A stretch of 64,000 nucleotides of DNA from Mobula hypostoma (Eukaryota): assembly GCF_963921235.1 (NCBI RefSeq), contig NC_086097.1, positions 160,148,001 to 160,212,000 on the forward strand. The letters are read 5' to 3'. This document shows, piece after piece, positions 1 through 11,630 of this stretch (position 1 is the first letter of the stretch; the number at the start of each line of letters is the position of its first letter). The notes beneath the pieces are model-generated. The model saw nothing but the letters and a program-made list of their open reading frames with translations. It was not told where the DNA came from and ran no database searches. Made by a program: the position numbers and the translations under genes.

Positions 1-838
1 TCCTTATCTCCGTTGTAAATGGATGTGCCAATATTCTGAGACTGTGCTCTCTGGTCCTCGACTCCCCCAGTATAGGACACATCCTCTCCACATCCACTTT
101 ACCCAGATCTTTCAATGTGTGGTAGGTCTCAGTGAGAATGCCCTTCCACCTTCCTTCTAAACTCCAGTGAGTACAGGTCCAGAGCTATCAAGTTCTCCTC
201 ATATGTTAACTTTTTCATTACTGGGATCATTCTTGTGAACTTCGTCTGGACCCTCTCCAATGCCACGTTTCTTTTCTGATGTAAGGGGCCCAAAACTGCT
301 CACAGTACTCCGAGTGCAGTCTAAGCAATGCTTTATCGAGCCTCAGCATTACATCCTTGCTTTTGTGTTCTAGTCCTCTCGAGATAAATACTTACATTGT
401 ATTTGCTTTCCTTACCACTGACTCAACTTGCAAGTTAACCTTTAGGGAACTCAGCACAAGGACTTCCAAGTCCCTCTGCACCTCTGATTATTGAATCTTC
501 TCTCCTTTTAGAAAATTGTCCCCATTTTCATTCCTTTTGCCGAAGTGCATGACCATACACTTACCTATATTATATTCCATCTGCCACTTCTTTGCCCAAT
601 CTCCCAATCTGTGTAAGTCCTGCTGCAGACACCCTGCTACCTGCCCCTCCAACTATCTTTGTATCATTCGCAAACTTAGCCACAAAGCCATCAATTCCTT
701 CATTCAGATCATTGACGTACAATGTAAAAAGAAGTGGACACAATGCCAACCCCTGGGGTTCACCACTAGTCACCGGCAACCAACAAGAAAAGTTCCCCTC
801 TACCCCCACTCTTTGCCTTCTGCCAGTCCGCCAGCCTT
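1..838 (-). mobile_element. CR1 LINE ORF2 (RT C-terminal half) fragment
   Basis: Minus ORF 570..1028 contains WLPVTSGEPQGLALCPLLFTLYVNDLNEGIDGFVAKFANDTKIVGG (CR1 RT PQG and FADD-type motifs); CR1 3' ORF2 sequence runs to the window start. Confidence 0.85.
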
Positions 839-1722
839 CTATGATGACAAAACAGTGGTTGGTCTCATCAATAACAACGAGGAGACAATGTACAGAGAGG
901 AGGCAGAGCAGCTGATAGAATGGTGTGAGCACAGCAACTTGAGTCTCAATGTGGACAAGACCGAAGAAACGATTGCGGTCTTCAGGAAGAGCAGGCTGAC
1001 CACCCCTCACTGTACATACATGGTTCATATGTGGAGAGAGTCAGGAGTACCAAGTTTCTGGGAATGCATGTACCAGACAATCTCACCTGATCCCTTAGCA
1101 CCACCTCGTTGGTCAGCTCCTGAGGAGTTTGAGGTGAATGAGGTTCCCTGCGCTCCCCCCCGCCCCCCATTCTAACCAATTTTTATTGGACCATCATCAA
1201 GAGTGTCCTGAACAGCTGTATCACTATCTGGTACAGGAAGTATAAGATACCTGACCACAAGTCCCAAGAAGGATTGCAAGGACTGTTGAAAGGATCATTA
1301 TGGTCTCTCTTCCATCCTTCAGAAATATTCATCAAGAGCACTGTGTACACAGCTCCCTTAGTATTGTAAATGATCCCCCCCATCCATTCAACAATCTGCT
1401 TGACTCCCTATCATCAGGCAGGAGGTACTGTAGCATTAGGACAAGAAGAGTTAACAGTTTCTTCCTCCAGGCCAAGAGACAACTGAACTCTCTGCCACCA
1501 CCCAGGTCTCATCACCACAAAGTGCCAGTAGTGTAGCACTGTTTACTTTTTAACTTGTGTCACAAATGCACCTTATCATTTGTTAATTTACTAGTGGTAA
1601 TATTACTTCATGTGTTATGTGTGTGAGTTATATGTACTGTGTTGTGCACCTTCGTCCAATGGAACATCATTTCATTCGGTGGTACACATGTATTGAATGA
1701 CAATTAACTGAACTTGAACTGG
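839..1722 (+). mobile_element. Rex1/Babar-like LINE 3' fragment
   Basis: DDKTVVGLINNNEETMYREEAEQLIEWCEHSNLSLNVDKTEE and DPPHPFNNLLDSLSSGRRYCSIRTRRVNSFFLQA motifs; (GAACTT)n-like tail near 1710. Confidence 0.75.
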
Positions 1723-1727
1723 AACTC

Positions 1728-1975
1728 ACTGAGTTTAAAATGAGTGTCAAAGCAAGAACACAATGAGCTTATGAGGAGAGTGGGAACAGGGCCCTGATGA
1801 GTTAAAAAGATGTATGGGATTGTAGTTTTGGTGAGTCTTTAAGTGTAGCAATTGGGTCCCAGAGAACTTAAAGGGAGCATATGGAAGTGTCCTTAGTGAG
1901 TTGAATTGAAGTATGGGAATGGGGCCCCAATGAGTTTATAAAGAGCAGAGATATCATCAGTAGTGAGCTAAATAC
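1728..1975. repeat. Degenerate ~34-bp minisatellite
   Basis: TGAG recurs at 1730, 1764, 1798, 1832, 1897, 1931 and 1964, with recurring GTATGGGA/GGGCCC motifs; a related unit lies at ~2337-2375. Confidence 0.55.
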
Positions 1976-3079
1976 TGAATCTGTGGGATTTCCAAACAAT
2001 CAGAGACAGATTGTCAGAGTTTTTTCATACTTATTTGACATTTCCCACAAGACGTGAGGAATCTGACCTCACAGCTCAGATTCAGCTAAATCGTTAACCC
2101 AGCTTCCTGGAATTCACTCTACATTAACATCTCAGTGATTTTTTTTGGCATTAAATCATTTATCATACCACCTCTCCCTTTCATTATTTTTGGCAATTAT
2201 TCACTGGTTTAGCAGATAATTAGTGGTTACAAGCTGTATTTAAACAGCCTATTCACAGAAGTAAATATTTCCCATTGCATTTCCTATGGAGCTCAATCTA
2301 ACAAATAAACAGCACTGAGCATAAGGAGACCATAGAAATGTCCTTGGTGAGTTTCTTTGAAGTATGGGAATGAGGAGTTAGACTTTAAGCTAACTACCAA
2401 CTGAGTGAATAACCAGTTGAGATTACGAACGTTCCCTTCCAACCACTCTGAGAGCGCCTTCAGGAGTTCCCATACTATGGTAATCTGTACATATCCTATC
2501 TCCTGCTCTCCCAGTTAGCATCTAATAACTTTTCATTCTCCAAATTTTGTACAATCCATAAAAACACATAAAAATACAGAGCAGGATCCCATTGAAGGGT
2601 AGAAGTGATAGTTGTAATATTTTCTCTTTACTGTGGCAACTAACAAAATGATACAGGTACCTGGCTGTTTAGAAAGCATCGTTTTTAAAATTAGGAGACA
2701 TGCCAGGCAAAATTGTGATACATTTCACATTCTCATAGTTCTTCAATCAAAGTGAAACGTGCAGTACAAGAATTCATTCTCAGCTATTGATTACACAGAA
2801 ACTTTTGTTTTAATAACTTTCACAAAAAAAGATGAATATTGCACTTTTTGAGGAATTTTATTGTTTTGGAACTGATCTATCTTTCTGTGCTCTATGGTTA
2901 ATAAAATCTTGCTGATCATGTATTTGGTCAATCTTCAATTTCACTGTCTAATATACCTTAACTTAACTTAAGGAGATATAAATGTACATTAAATGGAAAT
3001 ACACTATTTTTATTAGTAGGAATGGCACAATCCATATAGATGGCATGTGAAACAGAAGCTTTTCACTGTGTCAATAATA

Positions 3080-3370
3080 AGACCATAGGAGAGGAATTAA
3101 GCCATTCGGTCCATCGGGTCTGCTCCACCATTTCATCATGGCTGACCACTCCTAACCCAAATCTCCTGCTTTCCCCTTGTGACTATTCCCACCCTACTAA
3201 TCAAGAACCTATCATCCTCCACCTTAAATGCACTCAATGACTTGGCCATCACAGCCCCTTGTGGCAACGAAGGCCACAGATTCATCACCATCTGGCTAAA
3301 GAAATTTCTCCTCATCTCTGTTCTAAATGGACACCCCTCATTAGGTAGGTTTCAATAAAATCTCCCTTCA
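3080..3370 (-). mobile_element. CR1 LINE 3' end fragment
   Basis: Reverse complement of a typical CR1 3' UTR (…gatcagccatgatgaaatggtggagcagac…), same family as 53595-54320. Confidence 0.7.
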
Positions 3371-5068
3371 AATAATAAACCAATATAAATCTCAGAATAA
3401 AACTGTTCAGAATAATATTGCAGAAGAACAAATTAACTCGTCCTCTACTATAACATGCTGTATGGCATCTTGGGAGCATTTCAAATTGGACCATGAAGGT
3501 GAAAATCAGCAAATAAGCCTGGCCTTAACATCTAATCCCTCGAACTCACTGAGATTCATACTCCATTGGGTACAGTTACTCTGAAAATTACAAACCAAGT
3601 GGAAGGCTTAGACTTGTGAAATAACAAAAGCTCACTGTCACATCTGCATTCTTGATGACATCTCTCAGAAATTATTGAACTTTTCAAAAGAAAAAGAAAG
3701 TAAGTGGGCATGTCAACTATAGACAAGCAAAGGTACCATGATTTTATCTTTAAAAAATAAACTTCAGCTTGATCCATAAATATACAAGGTTAAAGTAGAT
3801 CACTAGAGCTAAGGAGATACCATTTTATTTAATTCCTCTAAAATCAATACAAAAGATTGACAGGGATCTAAAACAGGCAACTAATACCACATCCCTTGTA
3901 AACGTTCACAAAGAAAACCAAATTTCTGCTTCATAAATTTAACCATTACAGTATTTAAACAAAATAAAATTGCACTTAATTAGTCTTTTTTGAATGCAGA
4001 GTCCATCAGATTTAAGGTAGTGTATATTATCATCTGGTTCTTTGTTTTGACTTTTAAATTATGCAGGTGTATTGATTACTCCATTTTATCTTTGGACCGT
4101 GGAGGAATCCAGAGCACCGCATGAAAACGCACATATTCCACAGGGAGAATGCACAGACACCTTGCAGATGACATCGGAAGTGAACTCTGAACTCCAATGC
4201 ACCAAGCAGATGAAATTAAATCAAATGAAATGGTATCTCTTTAGCTCTAGCGATCAAAGATATATTTTGACCTTGTACATTTATGGATCAAGCTGGTTTA
4301 TTTTTTAAAGATGGTAGCAGCTGGAACAGTTTATGGTTGGGGTAACTCGAGTCCTCAATGATCTTTTGGGTCCTTTTTACACACCCGTCTTTTAAATGTC
4401 CTGAATGGTGGGATAGTGGGAAGATCACATCTATAGATGTGCTGGGCTGTCCACACCACTCTCTGCAGAGTCCTGTGATTGAGGGAAGTGAAGTTCCCTC
4501 TGTATTTTCTTACTTTCTAAATAGCTGAGGATATTTGGCTCAACCACCCTTTCCTGCAATGAATTCCAGATCCCCACTGTTCTTGGGATATACAATATTT
4601 TTTTCTAAATTCTCCTTTTTTCTTGCCATCATTAATTTTAAGCATCCATCCCAGCGGAAGTCCCACTTAATTTGTTTAGGCTACTAATAATTTACACATC
4701 TCAATTACTGTAAATCGACTATCTTCTTTTGTTGTAGAGAAGACTAAAGCTGGGGAAGGGAGTAAATAAATAAACCTTCCATTTTGTTTCCCATTCCCTT
4801 TCCCAAAATAGTGGACAATTATAAGTAATTTGAATGAATTATAGGAGATACAGTGGCATGCAAAAGTTTGGGCACCCCAGTCAAAATTTCTGTTATTTTG
4901 AATAGCTAAGCGAGTAAAAGATGAACTGATTTCCAAAAGGCATAAATTTAAAGATGACACATTTCTTTAATATATTAATCAAGAAAACTTTTTTATTTCC
5001 ATCTTTTACAGTTTCAAAATCACAAAAAAGGAAAAGGGCCCAAAGCAAACGTTTGAGCACCCTGCATG

Positions 5069-8026
5069 CAAGGGTCAAGGATGTCTCTGAGTGGCTGCAG
5101 GACGTTCTGGAGTGGGTGGGTGAACAGCCAGTTGTCGTGGTGCACATAGGTACCAATGATATAGGTAAAAACCGGGATGCGGTCCTACAAGGTGAATTTA
5201 GGGAATTAGGAGATAAACTAAAAAGTAGGACCACAAAGGTAATAATCTCTGGATTACTACCAGTGCCACGTGCTAGTCAGAGTAGAAATAGGAGGATATA
5301 TCAGATGAATACGTGGCTTGAAAAATGGTGCAGGGGGAGGGATTCAAATTTCTGGGGCTTTGGAACCAGCTCTGGAGGAGGTGGGACCGGTACAAACAGG
5401 ACGGTCTGCACCTGGGCTGGACTGGAACCAATGACCTAGGGGGAGCGTTTGCTACTGTTGTTCAGGAGGATTTAAACTAATGTGGCAGGGGGATGGGAAC
5501 AAGTGCAGAGAGACAGAGGGGTGTAAAATGAGGGTAGAAGCAAAAAGTAGTAAGGTAAAAAGTAAGAGTGGCAGGCAGACAAATCCAGGGCAAAAATCAA
5601 AAAGGGCCACTTTTCAACATAATTGTATAAGGGCTAAGAGTGTTGTAAAAGCAAGCCTGAAGGCTTTGTGTGTCAATGCAAGGAGCATTCGTAACAAGGT
5701 GGATGAATTGAAAGTGCAGATAGTTATTAATGAATGTGATATAGTTGGGATCACAGAGACGTGGCTCCAGGGTGACCAAGGATAGGAGCTCAGCATTCAG
5801 GGATATTCAATATTCAGGAGGGATAGGCATGAACGAAAAGGAGGTGGGGTAGCATTGCTGGTTAGAGAGGAGATTAATGCAATAGAAAGGAAGGACATTA
5901 GCCAGGATGATGTGGAACCGATATGGGTAGAGCTGCATAACACTAAGGGGCAAAAAACACTGATGGGAGTTGTGTACAGGCCACCTAACAGTAGTAGTGA
6001 GGTTGGGGATGGCATTAAACAGGAAATTAGAAATGCGTGCAATAAAGGAACAGCAGTTATAATGGGTGACTTCAATCTACATATAGAATGGGTGAACCAA
6101 GTTGGTGAGGGTGCTGAGGAAGAGGATTTCTTGGAATGTATGCGGGATGGTTTTCTGAACCAACATGTCAAGGAACCAACTAGAGAACAGGCCATTCTAG
6201 ATTGGGTATTGAGCAATGAGGAAGGGTTAGTTAGCAATCTTGTCGTGCGAGGCCCCTTGGGTAAGAGTGACCATAGTATGGTGGAATTCTTCATTAAGAT
6301 GGAGAGTGACATAGTTAATTCAGTAACAAAGGTTCTGAACTTAAAGAGGGGTAACTTTGAAGGTATGAGATGTGAATTAGCTAAGATAGACTGGCAAGTG
6401 ATACTTAAAGGGTTGACGGTGGATATGCAATGGCAAGCATTTAAAGATCGCATGGATGAACTACAACAATTGTTCATCCCAGTTTGGCAAAAGAATAAAC
6501 CTGGGAAGGTAGTGCACCTGTGGCTGACAAGGGAAATTAGGGATAGTATCAATTCCAAAGAAGAAACATACAAATTAGCCAGAAAAAGCGGCACACCTGA
6601 GGACTGGGAGAAATTCAGAGTCCAGCAGAGGAGGACAAAGGGCTTAATTAGGAAAGGGAAAAAAAAGATTATGAGAGAAAGCTGGCAGGGAACATAAAAA
6701 CTGACTATAAAAGCTTTAATAGATATGTGAAAAGAAAAAGATTGGTTAAGACAAATGTAGGTCCCTTACAGTCAGAAACAGGTGAATTGATCATGGGGAA
6801 CAAGGACATGGCAAACCAATTGAATAACTACTTTGGTTCTGTTTTCACTAAGGAGGAAATAAATAATCTTCCGGAAAAAGTAGGGGACCAAGGGTCTAGT
6901 GAGATGGAGGAACTGAGGGAAATACATGTTAGTAGGGAAGTGGTGTTAGGTAAATTGAAGGGATTAAAGGCAGATAAATCCCCAGGGCTAGATGATCTGC
7001 ATCCCAGAGTACTTAAGGAAGTAGCCCAAGAAATAGTGGATGCATTAGTGATACTTTTTCAGAACTCTTTAGATTCTGGGTTAGTTCCTGAGGATTGAAG
7101 GGTGGCTAATGTAATCCCACTTTTTAAAAAAGAAGGGAGAGAGAAACCGGGGAATTATAGACCGGTTAGCCTAACATTGGTGGTGGGGAAAATGCTAGAG
7201 TCAGTTATAGAGTCAAAGATATGATAACAGCACAGTTGGAAAGCGGTAAAGTCATTGGACAAAGTCAGCATGGATTTGTGAAAAGAAAATCACGTCTGAC
7301 GAATCTCATAGAATTTTTTGAGGATGTAACTAGTAGAATGGATAGGGGAGAACCAGTGGATGTGGTATACTTAGATTTTCAAAAGGCTCTTGACAAGATC
7401 CTACACAGGAGATTAGTGTGCAGACTTAAAGTAAGGTACAGCAGGCGGAGAAAAAGGCGAATGGTATACTGGCATTCATAGCAAGAGGATTCGAGTACAG
7501 GAGCAGGGAGGTACTACTGCAGTTGTACAAGGCCTTGGTGAGACCACACCTGGAAAATTGTGTGCAGTTTTTGTCCCCTAATCTGAGGAAAGACATTCTT
7601 GCCATAGAGGGAGTACAAAGAAGGTTCACCAGATTGATTCCTGGGATGGCAGGACTTTCATATGATGAAAGATTGGATCGACTAGGCTTATACTTGCTGG
7701 AATTTAGAAGATTGAGGGGGGATCTTATTGAAACGTATAAAATCCTAAAGGGATTGGACAGGCTAGATGCAGGAAGATTGTTCCCGATGTTGGCGAAGTC
7801 CAGAATCTGTGGAATTCTCTGCCACAGGAAACAGCTGAGGCCAGTTCATTGGCTATATTTAAGAGGGAGTTAGATATGGCCCTTGTGGCTAAAGGGATCA
7901 GGGGGTATGGAGAGAAGGCAGGTATAGGGTTCTGAGTTGGATGATCAGCCATGATAATACTGAATGACGGTGCAGGCTCGAAGGGCCAAATGGCCTACTC
8001 CTGCACCTATTTTCTATGTTTCTATG
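5069..8026 (+). mobile_element. CR1 LINE, 5'-truncated in ORF1, with internal deletions
   Basis: ORF1 esterase (VVVHIGTNDIG…ISGLLPVP), APE endonuclease (NARSI, GITETWL, GVVYRPP, MGDFN, SDH), RT N-terminus (SQHGF, YLDFQKA). RT core missing at ~7430. Ends in a TTTCTATGTTTCTATG tail. Confidence 0.95.
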
Positions 8027-8645
8027 GCAGTACTTAGTAATACCCCCTTTGGCAAGTGTCACAGCTCATAAATGCTTTTCGTAGCCAGCTAAGGGTCTTT
8101 CAATTCTTGTTTGGGGGATTTTCATCCATTCTTCCTTGCAAAAGGCTTCTAGTTCTGTGAGATTCTTGGGCCGTCTTGCATGCACTGCTCTTTTGAGGTC
8201 TATCCACAGATTCTCCATGATGTTTAGGTGAGGGGACTGAGAGGGCCATGGCAAAACCTTCAGCTTGCACCTCTTGAGGTAGTCCATTGTGGATTTTGAA
8301 GTGTGTTTAGGTTCATTATCCTGTTGTAGAAGCCATCCTCTTTTCATCTTCAGCTTTTTTACAGACGGTGTGATGTTTGCTTCCAGAATTTGCTGGTATT
8401 TAATTGAATTCATTCTTCCCTCTATCAGTAAATGTTGCCAGTGCCACTGGTTGCTACACAAGCCCAAAGCATGATCGATCCACCCCCGTGCTTAACAGTT
8501 GGAGAGGGGTTCTTTTCATGAAATTCTGCACCCTTTTTTCTCCAAGCATACCTTTGTTCATTGCAGCCAAAACGTTCTACTTTAACTTCATCAGTCCACA
8601 GGACTTGTTTCCAGAATGCATCAGGCTTGTTTAGATGTTCCTTTG
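8027..8645 (-). pseudogene. Tc1 transposase catalytic-domain remnant (left arm)
   Basis: FWKQVLWTDE…TVKHGGGSIMLWAC…GTGNI, then after a frameshift QQDNEPKH…WPSQSPHLNIMENLW. Confidence 0.9.
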
Positions 8646-8664
8646 AATCTTTTGAATGGAATTT

Positions 8665-9105
8665 TTTGGCTTGTGCTGCATCCAGCGGCACGGGGAACAT
8701 TTACTGATAGAGGGAAGAATGAATTCAATTAAATACCAGCAAATTCTGGAAACAAACATCACACCATCTGTAAAAAAGCCAAAGATGAAAAGAGGATGGC
8801 TTCTACAACAGGATAATGATCCTAAACACACCTCAAAATCCACAGTGGACTACCTCAAGAGGTGCAAGCTGAAGGTTTTGCCATGGCCCTCACAGTCCCC
8901 TGACCTAAACATCATCGAGAATCTGTGGATAGACAACAAAAGAGCAGTGCATGCAAGACGGCCCAAGAATCTCACAGAACTAAAAGCCTTTTGCAAGGAA
9001 GAATGGGTGAAAATCCCCCAAACAAGAATTGAAAGACTCTTAGCTGGCTGCAGAAAGCATTTACAAGCTGTGATACTTGCCAAAGGGGGTGTTACTAAGT
9101 ACTGA
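8665..9105 (+). pseudogene. Tc1 transposase C-terminal remnant (right arm)
   Basis: QQDNDPKH…WPSQSPDLNIIENLW with 34 residues between D and E; ends AKGGVTKY*. Confidence 0.9.
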
Positions 9106-9327
9106 CCATGCAGGGTGCCCAAACTTTTGCTTCAGGCCCTCTTCCTTTTTTGTTATTTTGAAACTGTAAAAGATGGAAATAAAAAAGTTTTCTTGCTTAA
9201 AATATTATAGAAATGTTTCATCTTTGACTTTATGCCTTTTGGAAATCCGTTCATCTTTTACTCGCTTAGCTATTCACAGTAACAGAAATTTTGACCAGGG
9301 GTGCCCAAATCTTTGCATGCCACAGTA

Positions 9328-9572
9328 TTTCTTCAGCTAGAAGATGGTGAACCTGTGGAATTCCTTGCCACGAACAGTTGTTGATACTAAGTCATTGGAA
9401 ATATTTGAAATGGAAGTTGATAGGTTCTTGATTAGTAAGGCCTTCAAAGGTTATGGGGAGAAGTCAAGTGAATGGGTTTGAGAGGAATAATATATCAGCA
9501 ATGATGGAGTGGCGGCACAGGATTGATGGGCTGAATGGCCTACTTCTGCTCCTGTGTCGTATAGTCATATAG
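9328..9572 (+). mobile_element. CR1 LINE 3' end fragment
   Basis: gtgaacctgtggaattccttgcc…gatgggctgaatggcctacttctgctcct is CR1 3' terminal sequence. Confidence 0.7.
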
Positions 9573-10748
9573 CCTTATGAATTAATTATTCAAGAGTCTG
9601 AAATAAACCCTTTCCTTTTATAAACCCTGCACCTGCTATATTGATGACATTTCTTTGTGCTGCATTTCTGGTCTTCACATCATGCAAGAATGGCAAACTG
9701 TAATATTCACAATGGTCACAAAATGTCACTTCTGCATTAGAGAAGCTTTCTGAGATGCTCAATTAGCTAATTCTCTGATCGCTGCAGTAAGTAAAATTAT
9801 ACCTAAAAGCACATAATTAAAGATAAAAATCACGTTAACTAACAATGGGTAATGGATTATTTGTTCAGCCATTTGAGATATATACCTGATTCATGAAGCA
9901 AAATTACAACGGTGTGGTTGGGAATTTGAGGAACTGAAGAACTTGCAAACATTGTCTCAGAATAATGAGTCAGTCATTTAAGTAAAGGAAAAGTTCTTCA
10001 CTCAGAGATGTGACTCATCGGAATTTTCTCTCTTTAGTGGGTTTCAGATGCAGACTCATTTAGCATATCCAGTAAACAGAGATGGATATCTGAATTAAAG
10101 AGGAATCAAGGCTTGCAGGGTATAGGCAGAGAAGTGGATCAGATCAGATTTAATATTATTTTGTTATGAGGTGGAGGCAAAAGGCTGCCAATGACCTGTT
10201 TTGCTGTATTTCTCATGTTCTGATGTTGATGGAGCATGGAAAGTAAGAATTTCTACACTATTATGTGGACCATTTTAAACTACATTAACAATAAATTATG
10301 CTTCAGTTACAATTCCACACCAAACTTTTACACAGTAAAATTATGCTCTCAGAAGTTAAAGAAAAAGATTTAAACAATTAACATTTCTGTTTGGTCATAA
10401 ATGTCACCAAATATAAAAACTATTTCAACTTCTGTCAGAGTCTAATCTTTGAGATGGACCCAATACAAACTGAAATATCCACTTGGACATTAGGACCATG
10501 GTTTATTATCCAATTTATATAAACTTATAAATAGTGAAAATAAGTGTTTTGAATTTAACAATTAGCAATATACTAGGCATGATTTTGAAGTATTGTTCTT
10601 ATGTCCACACTCTATGTGACATGGTAGATTCCAATGTTTTATTATTTCCTTTACTAAACATAGTGGCAGTGGTAAAATCAAGTAACTTGCTCAATTATTT
10701 TAGGAGGCATTTATGACTCAAGCATAATGATTGGTCTAGAGTTACTTA

Positions 10749-11280
10749 TACACTAAACTACTTAATTAGGTACACATGTAGACCTGATCAATTGATGCAA
10801 ATATCTAATCAGCCAATTGCGTAGCAGCAACTCAATGCATAAAAGCATGCAGACATGGTCAAGAGATTCATTTGTTGTTCAGACTAAACATCAGAACAGG
10901 GAAGAAATCTGAAATAAGTGACTTTGACTGTGGAACAATTGTTGGTGCCGGATGGGGTGGTTTGAGTATCTCAAAAACTGCTGATCTCCTGTGATTTTCA
11001 TGCACAACAGTGTCTAGAGTTTAGAGAGATTGGTGCAAAAAAAAATATCCAGATTGGCAGTTCTGTGGATAAAAACATCGTGTTAAAGGGGGAGGTCAGA
11101 GGAGAATGGCCAAACTGGTACAAGCTGACAGGAAAGCAGCAGTAAGTCAAATAAGCACGATGATGTGCAGAAGAGCATCTTTGATTGTACAATACTTCAA
11201 ATCTTGAAGTGAATGGGCTACAGTAGCAGAATACCATAAACATACACTCAGTAGCCAATTTATTAGGCCACCAAGTGTAG
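10749..11280 (+). mobile_element. Non-autonomous Tc1-derived element (transposase N-terminal HTH remnant)
   Basis: Starts TA-CACT…TTAATTAGGTACAC; encodes degenerate SDFDCGTIVGA…GLSISKTADLL; a second copy of the terminal motif is at ~11243. Confidence 0.6.
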
Positions 11281-11630
11281 GTGTCATGACAACAACCTTT
11301 TCCCTGAATGTTAGCAAAACAAAAGATCTGGTCATTTACTTCATGAAAGTGGGGGGAGGGGTTGAACATGTGTTCCTAATTTCATCAAACATGTTGAGAT
11401 TGAGAGAGTTGAGAGCTTCAAGTTCCTAGGAGTGGACATCACAAATAGCCTATCTTAGTCCAAACATGAGGATGTCACAACCAAGAAAGCTTACCAGTGA
11501 CTCTACTTCCTCAAGAGGCTGAAGAAGTTTGGCACATCTCCATCAACCCTTTCTAATTTCTATTGATGCATCACAGAAAGCATCTGAACTGGATGCATCA
11601 TGGTTTGGTACTCTGGTATGGCAATTAATC

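Larger units (their letters stand above)
4851..9325. mobile_element. Tc1-family (D34E) fold-back DNA transposon with IR/DR-type long TIRs, interrupted by a CR1
   Basis: TA|CAGTGGCATGCAAAAGTTTGGGCACCCC at 4851 and GGGGTGCCCAAATCTTTGCATGCCACAG|TA at 9325; ~215-bp TIRs with an inner repeat of the terminal motif; transposase C-terminal half on both strands. Confidence 0.92.

Noticed and set aside
516..1175. 219-aa ORF
   Set aside because: Antisense CR1 read-through fused to a Rex-like fragment.
4954..5439. 161-aa ORF as a Tc1-esterase fusion gene
   Set aside because: Chance read-through from the TIR into truncated CR1 ORF1, which then frameshifts.
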